A DNA stretch of 64,000 nt, taken from contig NC_043011.1 of NCBI RefSeq assembly GCF_006345805.1, positions 49,860,464-49,924,463 of the forward strand, written 5' to 3'. Under the pieces are notes generated by a model, which had not been told where the DNA came from, did no database searches, and was given only the letters and a program-made list of their open reading frames with translations. Shown in pieces: positions 10,979 through 23,047 of this stretch. The first letter of the stretch is position 1. The number at the start of each line of letters is the position of its first letter. The position numbers and the translations under genes are program-made. The stretch comes from Octopus sinensis (taxonomy: Eukaryota).

Positions 10979-11380
10979 ATGTGTGTGTATGTTTGTGCTT
11001 CTGTGTTTGTCACCCTAACATCGCTTGACAACCGATGGTGGTGTGTTTACGTCCCCGTAACTTAGCGATTCGGTAAAAGAGAGCGATAGAATAAGTACTA
11101 GGCTTACAAAGAATAAGTCCTGGAGTCGATGTGCTCGACTAAAGGCGGTGCTCCAGCATGGCCACAGTCAAATGACTGAAATAAGTCAAGTGCTCCAGCA
11201 TGGCCACAGTGAAATGACTGAAACAAGTCAAAGAGTAAGAGAGTGTTATCATTTTAAGTTCTGTAACTCCCGGGATTTTTACTTTTTACTTTATAACCTA
11301 ACCGAAATACTCCAACAGTTATTATATATTTAACTTACGCCGGCAGTAGCCTTTCTCCCCCGTAAATAGACATGTACCGC
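10600..11380. repeat. Palindromic element (~130-150-bp arms) interrupted by a SINE
   Basis: 10625-10750 is the reverse complement of 11244-11361; a central hairpin ATAACAGTTAA...TTAACTGTTAT lies at 10743-10775. Confidence 0.85.
10776..11243 (+). mobile_element. SINE family A with TGTTAT target-site duplication
   Basis: TGTTAT at 10770-10775 and 11244-11249; full head, body and tail; 42-bp tail duplication. Confidence 0.9.
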
Positions 11381-12072
11381 TGAGTATTATAACTATTCTA
11401 ATTGTATAACTAAATTTTTCAGTCGGTCGAAAGATTTTCAGATGGTTAATATGTAACATCAGTTGATATATCCTTATGTTATATTTCTCTCTTGCTTTCT
11501 CTTTTCTTTTTCTTTATTTTCCTGCTCTGATGAAGTTCTACTATTTACATTGGAGTAATTATTTATAATGATAAATAATATTGTAATAATTAAGTCTGAT
11601 TATGCCCAAAATGGCGCGAACAGAAACAGCTGTAAGATGAGATATTGTCTTTATATAATCAATAAATATTAATTAATGTTCATCAATTATCAGTTTTACC
11701 TCCCTTCGTTTTGGGATTTAGTTTGCAAGATTCTTTATGTGAGTTCGTGGGTTGAAGCATATTTTGTTGTGTCTGGGGGAGAGTCATTCTCTTTTAGTAC
11801 TTTATCACTTAACACACTCACCGGAGTTGAAACTTTACCAGTGAGTGTGTTAAATAGGAGGAGACAAAAAATGTAATGACTCGACCTGCCGCAACAAAAT
11901 TTTATTTTCTCATTTTTCCTTAAATATAGATACACTTCTGATTATTTCTTTCCTTACCAATCTACTATTAGCAGTAATACTAACAGTCATTATCACATAT
12001 AGGTAACACACCAGTAATTCACTGGCTACCAATGTCTCTTGGACGGTTTTTATAAACTCTGACTGAACTTAC

Positions 12073-12132
<60 letters not shown>

Positions 12133-12364
12133 GATACACATAAGGGGCGAAATATAATTAATTTAATAAAATCAATAAATTTCACCTAGTAGTGTTTTCG
12201 GTGTGGAAATGACCATATTCGGTAAGGATTATATATAATTATAATAAAGGGTTAATTGCAACAAGTTGCTTAAACCACATACCGAAAATATTAGAAATAG
12301 CAGCCAAATAGGTTGCCATTACTACTACTAGAAAAATAAGTCTCCACAAACAAACAGAATTTGT

Positions 12365-12371
12365 AAATATA

Positions 12372-12418
<47 letters not shown>

Positions 12419-12691
12419 AGTGTGTGTGTTGTGTGTGTGTATGTATGTATGTATATGTATAGAGTGGGCTTCTTTCACACCTTTCTATCAAATCCACTCA
12501 CAAGGCTTTGGTCGGCCCGAAGCTATAATAGAAGACACTTGCGCAAGGTGTCACACAGCTTGCTTACCAACCACATGGTTCCGGGTTCAGTCCTACAGCG
12601 TGGTACCTTGGGCAAGTGTCTTCTACTAGGCCTCGAGCCGATCAAAGCTTTGTGAGTGGATTGGTAGACGGAAACTGAAAGAAGCCCATCG

Positions 12692-12736
<45 letters not shown>

Positions 12737-13039
12737 CTGTGTCTGTGTCTGTGTGTGTGTATCTGTGTCTGTGTCTGTGTGTGTGTATGTATGTATGTAT
12801 ATGTATAGAGTGGGCTTCTTTCACACCTTTCTATCAAATCCACTCACAAGGCTTTGGTCGGCCCGAAGCTATAATAGAAGACACTTGCGCAAGGTGTCAC
12901 ACAGCTTGCTTACCAACCACATGGTTCCGGGTTCAGTCCTACAGCGTGGTACCTTGGGCAAGTGTCTTCTACTAGGGCCTCGAGCCGATCAAAGCTTTGT
13001 GAGTGGATTTGGTAGACGGAAACTGAAAGAAGCCCATCG

Positions 13040-13101
<62 letters not shown>

Positions 13102-13360
13102 TGTGTCTGTGTGTGTGTATCTGTGTCTGTGTCTGTGTGTGTGTAATTGTGTGTGTGTGTGTTTGTCCCCCCAATATCGCTTGACAACCGATGGTGGTGC
13201 GTTTACGTCCCCGTAACTTAGCGTTTGGGCAAAAAGAGACCGACAGAATAAGTACTAGGCTTACAAAGAATAAGTCGTGGGGTCGATTTGCTCGACTAAA
13301 GGAGGTGCTCCAGCATGGCCGCAGTCAAATGAATGCAACAAGTAAAAGACTAAAAGAGTA
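12365..13360. mobile_element. Rearranged SINE-A cluster: two ~346-bp tandem units, each an inverted head-to-head pair of SINE 5' halves, followed by a SINE 3' half
   Basis: AGAGTGGGCTTCTTTCACACC at 12461 and 12807; each unit has a minus-strand fragment abutting a plus-strand fragment. Confidence 0.85.
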
Positions 13361-14598
13361 TATGTATGCATACATATATACATACACACACACACGCGAA
13401 CACTTACACACACACATAGAACGAGGCCATCAGTAGCAGCGAGAGAGGTTCATTATGACATCCATCGCATATTAATTCATTCGTTGCTTAATTAGTAATA
13501 AATTCATTAATTCATCTCTTCAAATACACTTATAAAAGAATTTATTGTGCAACTAAAATAATCATTAAAGCAGGTATTTCTTACATTTTAATCTCTCCCT
13601 CTTCTTCCTTTCTCTCCCCCCTCTCTCTGTCCCTCACACACACACACACACATTCTCGCGCCCTCTATATATCTGGAAGTGATACATATACATACACTTC
13701 TAAATGCAGATAAATATATGTGTGAGTGTATGTATATATGTAAGTATGTATGTATGTAATGTATGTATGTATGTATGTATGTAGTATGTATGTATGTATA
13801 TATGTGTATGTATGTATGTATATAGACATGTATATACATATATATATATATATATATATGTGCACACACACATATATATATATGCATTTCCTGTCTACCC
13901 GGTTTCACTTCCAGAGCTTGGCTTTACCCATGACTAGGGTAAAATCCAACTCACTAAACTGTTCTTCTCCGGACAGGTCTCTAGCACGCAGCAAACACCT
14001 ACACAAGTCGCGCATGCCCACACCAAAACGCATCTAGATGATTTCCACAACACGCACACACAAACATAGACACACATTTATATGTGATTACACCATGTTT
14101 AAAGACAAAATCGTGAGAAAATGTACTCCGTACATGCAGAAGAGTATATTACATTTGGAAGAGACTGGCGATTCACTCCATCGTTACTCAGAGCTTTTTA
14201 CTACGTGCGATTGTTTTCTTGAACAATCATTTGTAGCGAGAAACTCTGAATAGCGATAGAAATACTGGAGTTTCCTCCACGCTTTCGTTTGGACTCTAAA
14301 GTCAACGATCTACGTTTATTCAAGCAGAATATCAACAGCCCCCAACTCAGAGAGAACACATGCCCCTTTCCACCTCACAATGTCTCAAGTACAAAATTTA
14401 ATGCAAAAGCCGTGGTCATAAGTACTGCGGTATATTTCCTAACTGAATCGTTATTCTTTCCTGTAGATTATGAGTTCTAATCATAACAAGGTTGACCTGT
14501 CTTTCTCTTTTCTTGGGCCGGCGATAATATAGTTTGCAATGATTTGTATTTCACTGCCTTATTGAACTTTCATATCTACATTTGTATATATCTCATAG

Positions 14599-14890
14599 TG
14601 GAGGCGCAATGGCCCAGTGGTTAGGGCAGCGGACTCGCGGTCGGAGGATCACGGTTTCGATTCCCAGACCGGACGAGCGAAAACACCTAAAAGCTCCACG
14701 TGTATCCGGCAGGGGTTTGTGGAGACCCTTGTTGTACTCTTTCACCACAACTTTCTCTTACTCTCTCTTCCTGTTTCTTGAGTAACTGCGATGGACTGGC
14801 GTCACATCCAGCTGGTGGAGGGGATGACACATACGCCACAGAAACCTGGAAACCAGGCCCATGAACCTGGTTAGGCTTGAAAAGGGCGAC
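14599..14890 (+). mobile_element. tRNA-derived SINE (GGAGGCGCAATGG head) with TGCGATGGACTGGC-type tail
   Basis: A box TGGCCCAGTGG, B box GGTTTCGATTCC, tail ...GCCACAGAAACCTGGAAACCAGGCCCATGA. Confidence 0.88.
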
Positions 14891-15469
14891 GTTTATCGGT
14901 TTTAAATATTTCATAAATATATTTTACAAATTACATTTTTTTTTGTTACTATTTTGTGTGCAGTGCCTTGGAAACTAGGCATTCACCTTGGGTCCTGAGG
15001 TCTGGCGTCGTAAGGGAAATTCTAAACAATGAGGACGAAATTTCTCGAACTAAAAAGGAAATAAAACTTAATAAAAACAACAGTTGAGGCACGTAGCGGA
15101 TAGGTGTGATGCGGAAGTGGAGAGAATGGCTCATGTGTTGTTATGACATTTCACAGGATTTCAAATTTTGTCACATGAGAGGTGTACATACACCTCTCCT
15201 TGAGAGAAAATAGAAAGAGAAGAGAAACTAAAAATTTCCGAATAGTGTGCACATTGTAGTAAGATGACGGAATCCTACATTTGAGGGCTGAATTGGGGCC
15301 CTGAATACAATATTTATACACACTGTGAAGGACCATGTTTGAAACGGGTAAAAGAGTATGTGTGTGTATGTGTGTGTGTGAGTGCTCCAGCATGATGGCA
15401 GTCAGTTGACTGAAACAAGTAAAAGTGTAAAAGTGTATATACATATATATAACCCAATATTTGTACGGT

Positions 15470-15780
15470 TTCGATCGTGTGTGTTTATTGAGCGAAAAAG
15501 ACTAAAGCTCCACAAGGCTCCTGTAGGGAGGGTTGCGAACCCTGCTGTGTTCTTTTACCACAACTTTCTCTCACTATCTCTTCCTGTTTCTGTTGTACAT
15601 GTATATCAAAGGAGTCAGAATTGTCACACTCTGTGTCACACTGAATTCCTGAGAACTACATTAAGGGTACAAGTGTCTGTGGAGTGCTCAGCCACTTGCA
15701 TGTTAATTTCTCGAGCAGGCTGTTCCTTTGATCGGATCAACCAGAACCCTCGTCGTCGCAACTGACGGAGTGCCACGATA
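15470..15780 (+). mobile_element. 5'-truncated SINE of the same head family, with the tail type seen at 60805-61189
   Basis: GAGAACTACATTAAGGGTACA..GTGTCTGTGGAGTGCTCAGCCACTT..CCCTCGTCGTC..ACGGAGTGC. Confidence 0.85.
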
Positions 15781-16123
15781 TATATATAAATATATATATA
15801 CACATATACACACACCTCACACATGTGTGTATATATTATCGACCGCACATACTCAACGTATGTGTTTTGTATTGTATTTTCAATGGTTCGATGCCAGATA
15901 GTGCTTGGGGGTCAACTCGTCTGTCTATGACTTTCAGATATTTTAACACCCAACATTATGAGGGAATCGTACCCCCAAACTCTATTCTGCAGCAAACCCA
16001 CGAACAAAGAAAGCACATACGTTGAGTATGTATTTTTACAACGCTAACGCTACTTTAATTCGTCAGTGTATAAATAAATATATATATATATAAACAATAA
16101 TAAATCTCTGGGCGAGATATATA

Positions 16124-16253
16124 AAGGAAATGAAGCAAAATACTGACGAAATAATTTAAGTAAGGGAGAGTGTATTTAATTAGGTGAAACTTTCACCTAA
16201 TTAAATACACTCTCCCTTACTTAAATTATTTGTCAGCATTTTCTTCATTTCCT
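16124..16253. repeat. Near-perfect palindrome: 41-bp perfect arms around a single C at 16190, extending imperfectly to ~65 bp
   Basis: AAATAATTTAAGTAAGGGAGAGTGTATTTAATTAGGTGAAA-C-TTTCACCTAATTAAATACACTCTCCCTTACTTAAATTATTT. Confidence 0.95.
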
Positions 16254-16792
16254 TTTTTTATATTCACAACTCCTCGTGTTCCACATCTCCTATTATTATA
16301 TAATATATATATATATATACTAGACGTTTGTTGTCCACAAGTTAAGTATGAATTTTTACTGAAGTTTTTCTATAAGTGTTAAGAGGTACTTGTTGCAAGA
16401 AGGAAAAGAGAAAATAAATATTTCCGAAGAGTGTGCACATTGTAGTAAGATGACGGAATCCTACACTGGAGGGCTGAATTAGGGCCCTGAATACAAATAT
16501 TTGATACTGGCTGGACCTATGTGATTTCCATTCCATTACTTATTTTTTTTTTTGGTACCTTTCTCAATATCAACTGGAATGTTTTTGTCATCCGACAAAG
16601 CTGTGAAGCAGATGATGTAACCAGTATCGAAGTAATGCTGATAATGTGCGCGGCCCGCATGCACACACACTCTTGGGAAAATACATAGAAACACGTACAT
16701 ATCGCATACGTAAATAAATATACGTGTGGACCCACCTACATACAAACATACACGTCATACGCCTACTCAAACACAGAGACAGATATGTCATC

Positions 16793-16828
<36 letters not shown>

Positions 16829-16857
16829 TATTATTTACGTATGCGCATGTATATGTT

Positions 16858-17145
16858 TGGAGGCACATGGCCTAGTGGTTAGAGCAGCGGACTCGCAGTC
16901 GAGGGATCGCGGGTTCGAATCTCAGCCCGGGCGATGTGTGTGTTTATGAGCAAAACACCTATGCTCCGTGCGGCTCAAGCAGAAGGTAGTGGCACACTTC
17001 AGCTGACTCTTTCGCCACAACCTTCTCTCACTCTTTCCTCTTGCATCTTGCAGCTCACCTGCGATGGACGGGGAACCTATACGCCAATGAAACCGGGAAA
17101 CCGGCTCATCATAAGACAGGCATGGCTTGAGAAGGAACAAACAAT
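16858..17145 (+). mobile_element. tRNA-derived SINE
   Basis: GGAGGCACATGGCCTAGTGGTTAGAGCAGCGGACTCGC...GGGTTCGAATCTC (A and B boxes). Confidence 0.88.
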
Positions 17146-17364
17146 ATATATATATATTTATATATATGAAACCTCAGAAAAACTCAAAGGTATACATATA
17201 TCGCGCCCCCGTCCACGACCGCATGTATGACTGAGAGTGTTAGTGTGTGTGCGTGCATGTGTGATTGCGTACTTGTGTGCATATGTGTGTATGTGTGTAT
17301 ATACGTGATAATTCTTCTTAGTTTCTGACACAGAACCAATAGTCCCCCAGAACCAATAGTCCCC

Positions 17365-17499
17365 CGGTTCAAATTATTTTATCGACTTCGAAAGGATGAA
17401 TAGTAAAGCGGACCTCGGCAGAATTTGAACTCAGGACGTAAAGACTGACAATCACCCGCGAAGCCTTTTGTCGGGAATAGTAACGATTCTGGCAGCTTG
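17365..17499 (-). mobile_element. Nin/Deu-domain SINE fragment cut by the assembly gap
   Basis: TTTTATCGACTTCGAAAGGATGAA...GACCTCGGCAGAATTTGAACTCAG, as in the other family-B copies. Confidence 0.8.
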
Positions 17500-17599
17500 N
17501 NNNNNNNNNNNNNNNNNNNNNNNNNNNNNNNNNNNNNNNNNNNNNNNNNNNNNNNNNNNNNNNNNNNNNNNNNNNNNNNNNNNNNNNNNNNNNNNNNNN
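17500..17599. other. Assembly gap (100 N)
   Basis: Run of N. Confidence 1.
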
Positions 17600-18585
17600 T
17601 TAAAGGGCAATGTCCCAGCATGGCCGTTGTCCGATGACTGAAACAAGTAAAAGATATACTCCAGGGAATGCTTTTGCCCTCTGCTCTCTTCCTACTGTGT
17701 ATCAATGACTAAGATGCCTAAATTCTATGATGTTGATCTGAATTTAATGAGGCAGAATCAGAATAAACCACTTTGGTACACCTGTTCATTCAAAGGCCAC
17801 TGCTCCTCCAAACCACCCGCATGAAATTTCTCCTAGTGTAAACCATACACCACACATGTGACAAAGTAATTTCGGAAGCTAGTATATTCAGCATTATGAA
17901 GTGTAAGTTGCTATCCTCTGTAACGAATCTTTTATCAGGTTTACTGCGCAGCCGCATCCGAAGCAAACAGCATTCAGCTATACCAAACTCCATTATCTAT
18001 CGCTTATACTATATTGAATCTTCTGCAAAGAGAGTTAAGATATCGTTAATTCAAACGCATTTCAGTTCCGGAAAAAGAAGAGCAATCGCTAAAGCCATAG
18101 ACAAGAAAACTAGTGTTCTGTGTTTGGCATTTATCACACCAAGTCCTATTTCTGTATACACACTATTACAAATGTCGTTTCTATGAACATTGCAGACTCT
18201 GAACTTACAATCGCCTATTCACAGCGTTGCATTGAAGGCATCTAACAATACTCCCCAGAGAGCAGTCTTTATCAGAAGCCATTTCCATTCTGTGTTTCTG
18301 TGTGTGTGTGCGTGTATATGTATAATATTTTGTATCTATAAATATATGTGCTTGTGTGTGTATGTCTTTGTGTGTATGATGCATTTATTTACGTCTGTGT
18401 TTCTTTATCAGCGACAGTATAAATGTCTATAGCGGATACAGTTGTTGCACTTGCATGCTGGTATATCTATGGGTATTTTCTTGTATGTTGATATATCAGT
18501 TTATCTACCTTGTGTGTGTACGTATGCCAGAGTTTGTATCTTTATATGTATATATGTCTGTGCATGTGCAGCTATATACATTATA

Positions 18586-19175
18586 CCAGGTGGTTTCAAA
18601 AGCTTCCAGGACTAGCTATATTTAATAGAAAATAACTTATTTGCCTAAGTTTTAACGTCATCTCCTTCGAAATAGTTACCTTGCGCAGCAAAACACCGGC
18701 CCGAGTGACCCACTAACATTTAAAATCGAGCCTGGAAGACGTTTTCCGTAAATGAGTTGTGGAACTTCTGACGTTCGAACTGTATCTTGACAACGGTGTT
18801 GAAACAGCATTCTTCTAGCTGCCTTTTCAATGTGGGGGAGATATGGAAGTCCGCACATGCTAATCCTGGCAAATAGAGCGGTTGTGCAAGCGATAACAAG
18901 ATCCTTTTTTGGCGAGGAACTTACGAGTGAGGAGAGCTCCGCAACAGGGTGCATTGCCATCGTGAAGAATCCAATTCTTGGCGCTCCACAGATCCGGTCG
19001 CTTTAACCGAATGTCCGGCCTCAAACGCTTCAAAACGTAGCAGTAGAACTCTCGGTTGACGGTCTGGCCCAGGAGGACGAATTCCCGATGTACAATACCA
19101 CATTTCCAAGGTTGACGCTCGTGGTAGATCTTCCCGATGGTTCATCGTCTTCTAGGGATTTCCTTCCGCTTTTGC
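18586..19175 (-). pseudogene. Mariner transposase 3' remnant with terminal inverted repeat
   Basis: Minus-strand translation LAQPLYLPGLACADF.ISPTLKRQL...FAAQGNYFEGDD (decayed YSPDLAPxD and C-terminal GxYFEGD); TA followed by CCAGGTGGTTTCAAAAGCTTCC end at 18584-18607. Confidence 0.85.
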
Positions 19176-19344
19176 TTTTGAAGCTACTTACCACACAGCC
19201 ACCCCTGCACCTCTATATGTACATATATATATATAATTATATTGTATTTTTATAACAATAATGGAATATCAATTCCGGCATCACAGGGATGAGATATTCA
19301 GTTTAAGAATATTAAGTTGAATTATACTCAATAAATAAATACAT

Positions 19345-19881
19345 ATATATCAAAGTATCATAAGAGACAGAAATCCCCATAAATTCATCAAATCAGAATA
19401 TAAATTCAACCATGTCATAGAATATTATATTTTATACTTACTATTCATGTTCAAAGTTGTCGACTACACGTGTTTCATGAGGTTGTATACTATGTTCTTG
19501 AGACACGCAGTCTATTACAGAACATCCCCTTATATGCAACCCCAATCTTCAGGTCCAACTGTTCCCCGTTTATAATTTTATCTATCATTATATATTTCAA
19601 CTTAAAGGTATATCAAACTATTCAGATGTATAAATAAATTCCTAGTATGTCAAAACATATAGATGTGGAAATAGATTCCCTGGAGATTGGGGTTATATAT
19701 AAGGGTATGTTCTGTGAGAGACTGCGTGTCTCAAGAACATAGTATACAACCTCATGAAACACGTGTAGTCGACAATTTTGAACATGAATAGCAAGTATTA
19801 AACATAATATTCTATGACTTGGTTGAATTTATATTCTGATTTGATGAATTTATTGGGATGTCTGTCTCTATTGATATTTTG

Positions 19882-19887
<6 letters not shown>
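19345..19887. repeat. Fold-back element, ~209-bp arms, 125-bp spacer, ends embedded in TA-rich sequence
   Basis: 19345-19553 is the reverse complement of 19679-19887, including a long exact match around CACGTGTTTCATGAGGTTGTATACTATGTTCTTGAGACACGCAGTCT. Confidence 0.95.
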
Positions 19888-19980
<93 letters not shown>

Positions 19981-20349
19981 CGTGCGTGTGTGTATGTATG
20001 TATGTATGTATGTATAAATTAAGAAATGGAGTCAAAAGCAGGTGTTATTCAAATCATTTTTACTTCCAATTTATATTTCGAAAAAAGCTTGGAGATTATT
20101 TTGCAGGGAACAAAAATGATGTAAAACAATGCAGACATCTCGTTAGGGAAAAATAAGGAAGAAAACACATCAACAGGCCATTAACCATTCCTTAATTTAT
20201 CCATATGATACAAAACAATTTCACTTTACTCTGGAATTTCTACATGTATAAGTAGGCTGTTATATCCTTAGCATTTATGTGAATTTTTGCTACACTGAAA
20301 CCTGTTTATTTTTTTCCTCCTTATTTTACACATTGAAAAGAAACAATGC

Positions 20350-20429
<80 letters not shown>

Positions 20430-20781
20430 TATATATATGGATGTATGTATGTAGGTGTGTGTGTGTGTGTAGTAATGTGTTTTGTGTGTGTGTATGAGTA
20501 AGTATATGTAGGGTTTTACAGATTCGCCTTCAAGTAGTTCCTTATATCTAAGTGTAGAAACGAATGGTGACTGAAGCCCTCTAAATTTCTGATGAATCTC
20601 GTATCTTAATAACAAAGTAAAGCCATAGTTTAGTTCCAATGGAGTAGCACATCTTTACAATCCTTAACATAAGATTAGGAAAGTATCCACCCGATTATCG
20701 TGGCTGTAGGGCCATATAAGTCGGCGTCGATATCTGTGTGTGTGTATCTGTGTGTGTGGTTCGTATGTGATTGTGAGTGTC

Positions 20782-20861
<80 letters not shown>

Positions 20862-21135
20862 GAAGAGAGAGACTCTCTCTCTCACACACACAAACACATA
20901 AAAGCTTTGAGGAATAGAAGAAATGAAGTTGGAAATGCTCACGGAATAAATGAGAATTTAAAATATATTTTAGAATATTGGAATACACTCGACCGGTTTA
21001 ACAATACATTTTCAGCTGTGTTCTCAATCATATCATTTCCGTGATTCCTTCATCGGACAATGCTATGCTGGAGAGCAACATACCCTGATACAAATTTTCA
21101 AACTCGGATTTTCATTCAACTGCTCTTTCTTTCGA

Positions 21136-21172
<37 letters not shown>

Positions 21173-21427
21173 GTTCTCTCTCTCTCTTCGCTCTCTTTCG
21201 CTCTCTCTCATTCCCTATTCATTTCTCTATTCTTTTTTTTTTCTCTTTCTCCATTTTTTGTCTCAAGGGTGGTCGGTAACAAATTCAGACTCAGGGATAC
21301 ATCCACAACACATCATATGCATACAGATGTATATAAACGTGTGTGTATATAATATATATGTGTGTGTGTGTGCGCACGTGTGTGTGTGTTTGTGCGTGCT
21401 TGTGAGTACATATATATATATTATATA

Positions 21428-21463
<36 letters not shown>

Positions 21464-21508
21464 CATACATGTATATATATATATACATGTGTGTGTACAT
21501 ATATGATA

Positions 21509-21546
<38 letters not shown>

Positions 21547-21547
21547 C

Positions 21548-21750
21548 ACAATAAGGGTGAAAAAAATTGAAAATTAATTAATAACATCAATTTAAAACAC
21601 CAAGTGGCCTAGCGTATAAAGACTGGGAGATACAGTAAAAATTATTAATACAAGTAATGAGAGAGAGTCCACATGTGGTCACTCTAACGCTAGATATAGA
21701 TCCACGAAGGGAATCCACCACTAGGCCACTTGGTTATTCCTCTTAAGTTC

Positions 21751-21788
<38 letters not shown>

Positions 21789-22083
21789 ATACATACGAAA
21801 TTAAGAGGAATAACCACAAAAGTGGACACCTAATATGCTAAATATAGACATCAAATCACAATTACCACGAAGACTGTGTTCTCAAGATTGCTGATATTTT
21901 TCTTGAGCACACACATTTCGTGGTCATAGCGATTGGACGTCTAGGTTTAGCATATTAGGTGTCCACTTTAGTGGTTATTCCTCTCAATTTTGTATGTAAC
22001 ACAATTTTTCATCTTCGGATTTTTTAAATATACTAAGCCACTGGTTTTAAGTGATTGATATCAATTTCTACCCTTATAATTAA

Positions 22084-22085
<2 letters not shown>
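21548..22085. repeat. Nested palindromic element around (TA)n; inner hairpin 21791-21887 / 21901-21997
   Basis: Inner arms GAGGAATAACCAC..GTGGACACCTAATATGCTAAA; outer inverted modules ATAAGGGT..TTAAAAC..AGTGGC.TAG. Confidence 0.85.
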
Positions 22086-22131
<46 letters not shown>

Positions 22132-22194
22132 TTTTTACACAAAATCCTCATAAGAGATAGGTAAGTTTGAGTGAAAGGGAGTTAAATTAAATTT

Positions 22195-22360
22195 AAGTGG
22201 TGTGTTTACATCCCTCGTAACTTAGCGGTTCGGCAAAAGAGACCGATAAAGTAAGTACTAGGCTTCCAGAGAATAAGTTCTGCGGCCGATTTGCTCTACT
22301 AAAGGCAGTGCTCCAGCATGGCCGCAGTCAAATGACTGAAACAAGTAGAAGACTAAAAAG
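22195..22360 (+). mobile_element. SINE family A 3' half
   Basis: GTGTTTACATCCCTCGTAACTTAGCGGTTCGGCAAAAGAGACCG...GTGCTCCAGCATGGCCGCAGTCAAATGACTGAAACAAG. Confidence 0.85.
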
Positions 22361-22675
22361 ATACACACACACACACATATATGTGTGAATAAATTTTTAT
22401 ATATAAAGTGATGGTTTGTTAACAACTTGATGTGGCAGTCATACGAAAGCGAAGAAATTGCTATTTAGACACAGGAAACATCGTCCCCAGTTGGCTATGT
22501 GACACAAGCGTTCTGTGTCCTTATTTTTTAAAACAGGGAAGATAAGGACCTCCATCCAGCAAAGCCAGCATCCATAGACTAGTTTTAGATTCATTGCTTT
22601 TCAGCAGTCTGTAGTAGCTTGGCTTGCTAGTTGTCTATGCTTATTCGCCTTTGGAAACTTATAACCAAGTTACTC

Positions 22676-22715
22676 CAGACTGATGAAGCGCAATGACTCT
22701 GAAACTAGTCGCTTG
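22676..22715 (+). ncRNA. Minimal type-I hammerhead ribozyme motif (core intact, stem I 3' strand mutated)
   Basis: CAGA-CTGATGA(22680-22686)-AGCG-CAATGA-CTCT-GAAA(22701-22704)-CTAGTC^; palindromic ACTAGT stem III. Confidence 0.7.
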
Positions 22716-23008
22716 ATGCTGGCTTTGCTCGGTAGAGGTGCTTATCTTCCCTGTTTGAAAACTTAAGGACACCGAACGCTTGCGTCACAAAGCCAACTGG
22801 AAACGATGTTTCCAGGGGCTAAATAGCAGTAGCATTCTTCCCTTTCCTGGGACTGGCAACAAATCATCATTTTATTGTGGCGCTACTGTATAAGTCTCTC
22901 TGAGAAATTTTGTAAAGCAGCGAATTTATTTATACTATAAGTGAATTTATTTATTCTATAAGTTTTCAAAAGTGAATAAGCATCGACAGTTAGCAAGCCA
23001 AGTTACTC

Positions 23009-23047
23009 CAGACTGAGGAAGAGAATTGGCTCTAAAACTAGTCTCTG
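23009..23047 (+). ncRNA. Minimal hammerhead copy 2 (stems I and II intact, GAAA changed to AAAA)
   Basis: CAGA-CTGAGGA-AGAG-AATTGG-CTCT-AAAA-CTAGTC^TCTG. Confidence 0.6.

Noticed and set aside
17700-18100. Minus-strand MEFGIAECCLLRM resembling a LINE RT motif
   Set aside because: Only one weak motif; the surrounding frames do not give a coherent RT alignment by eye.
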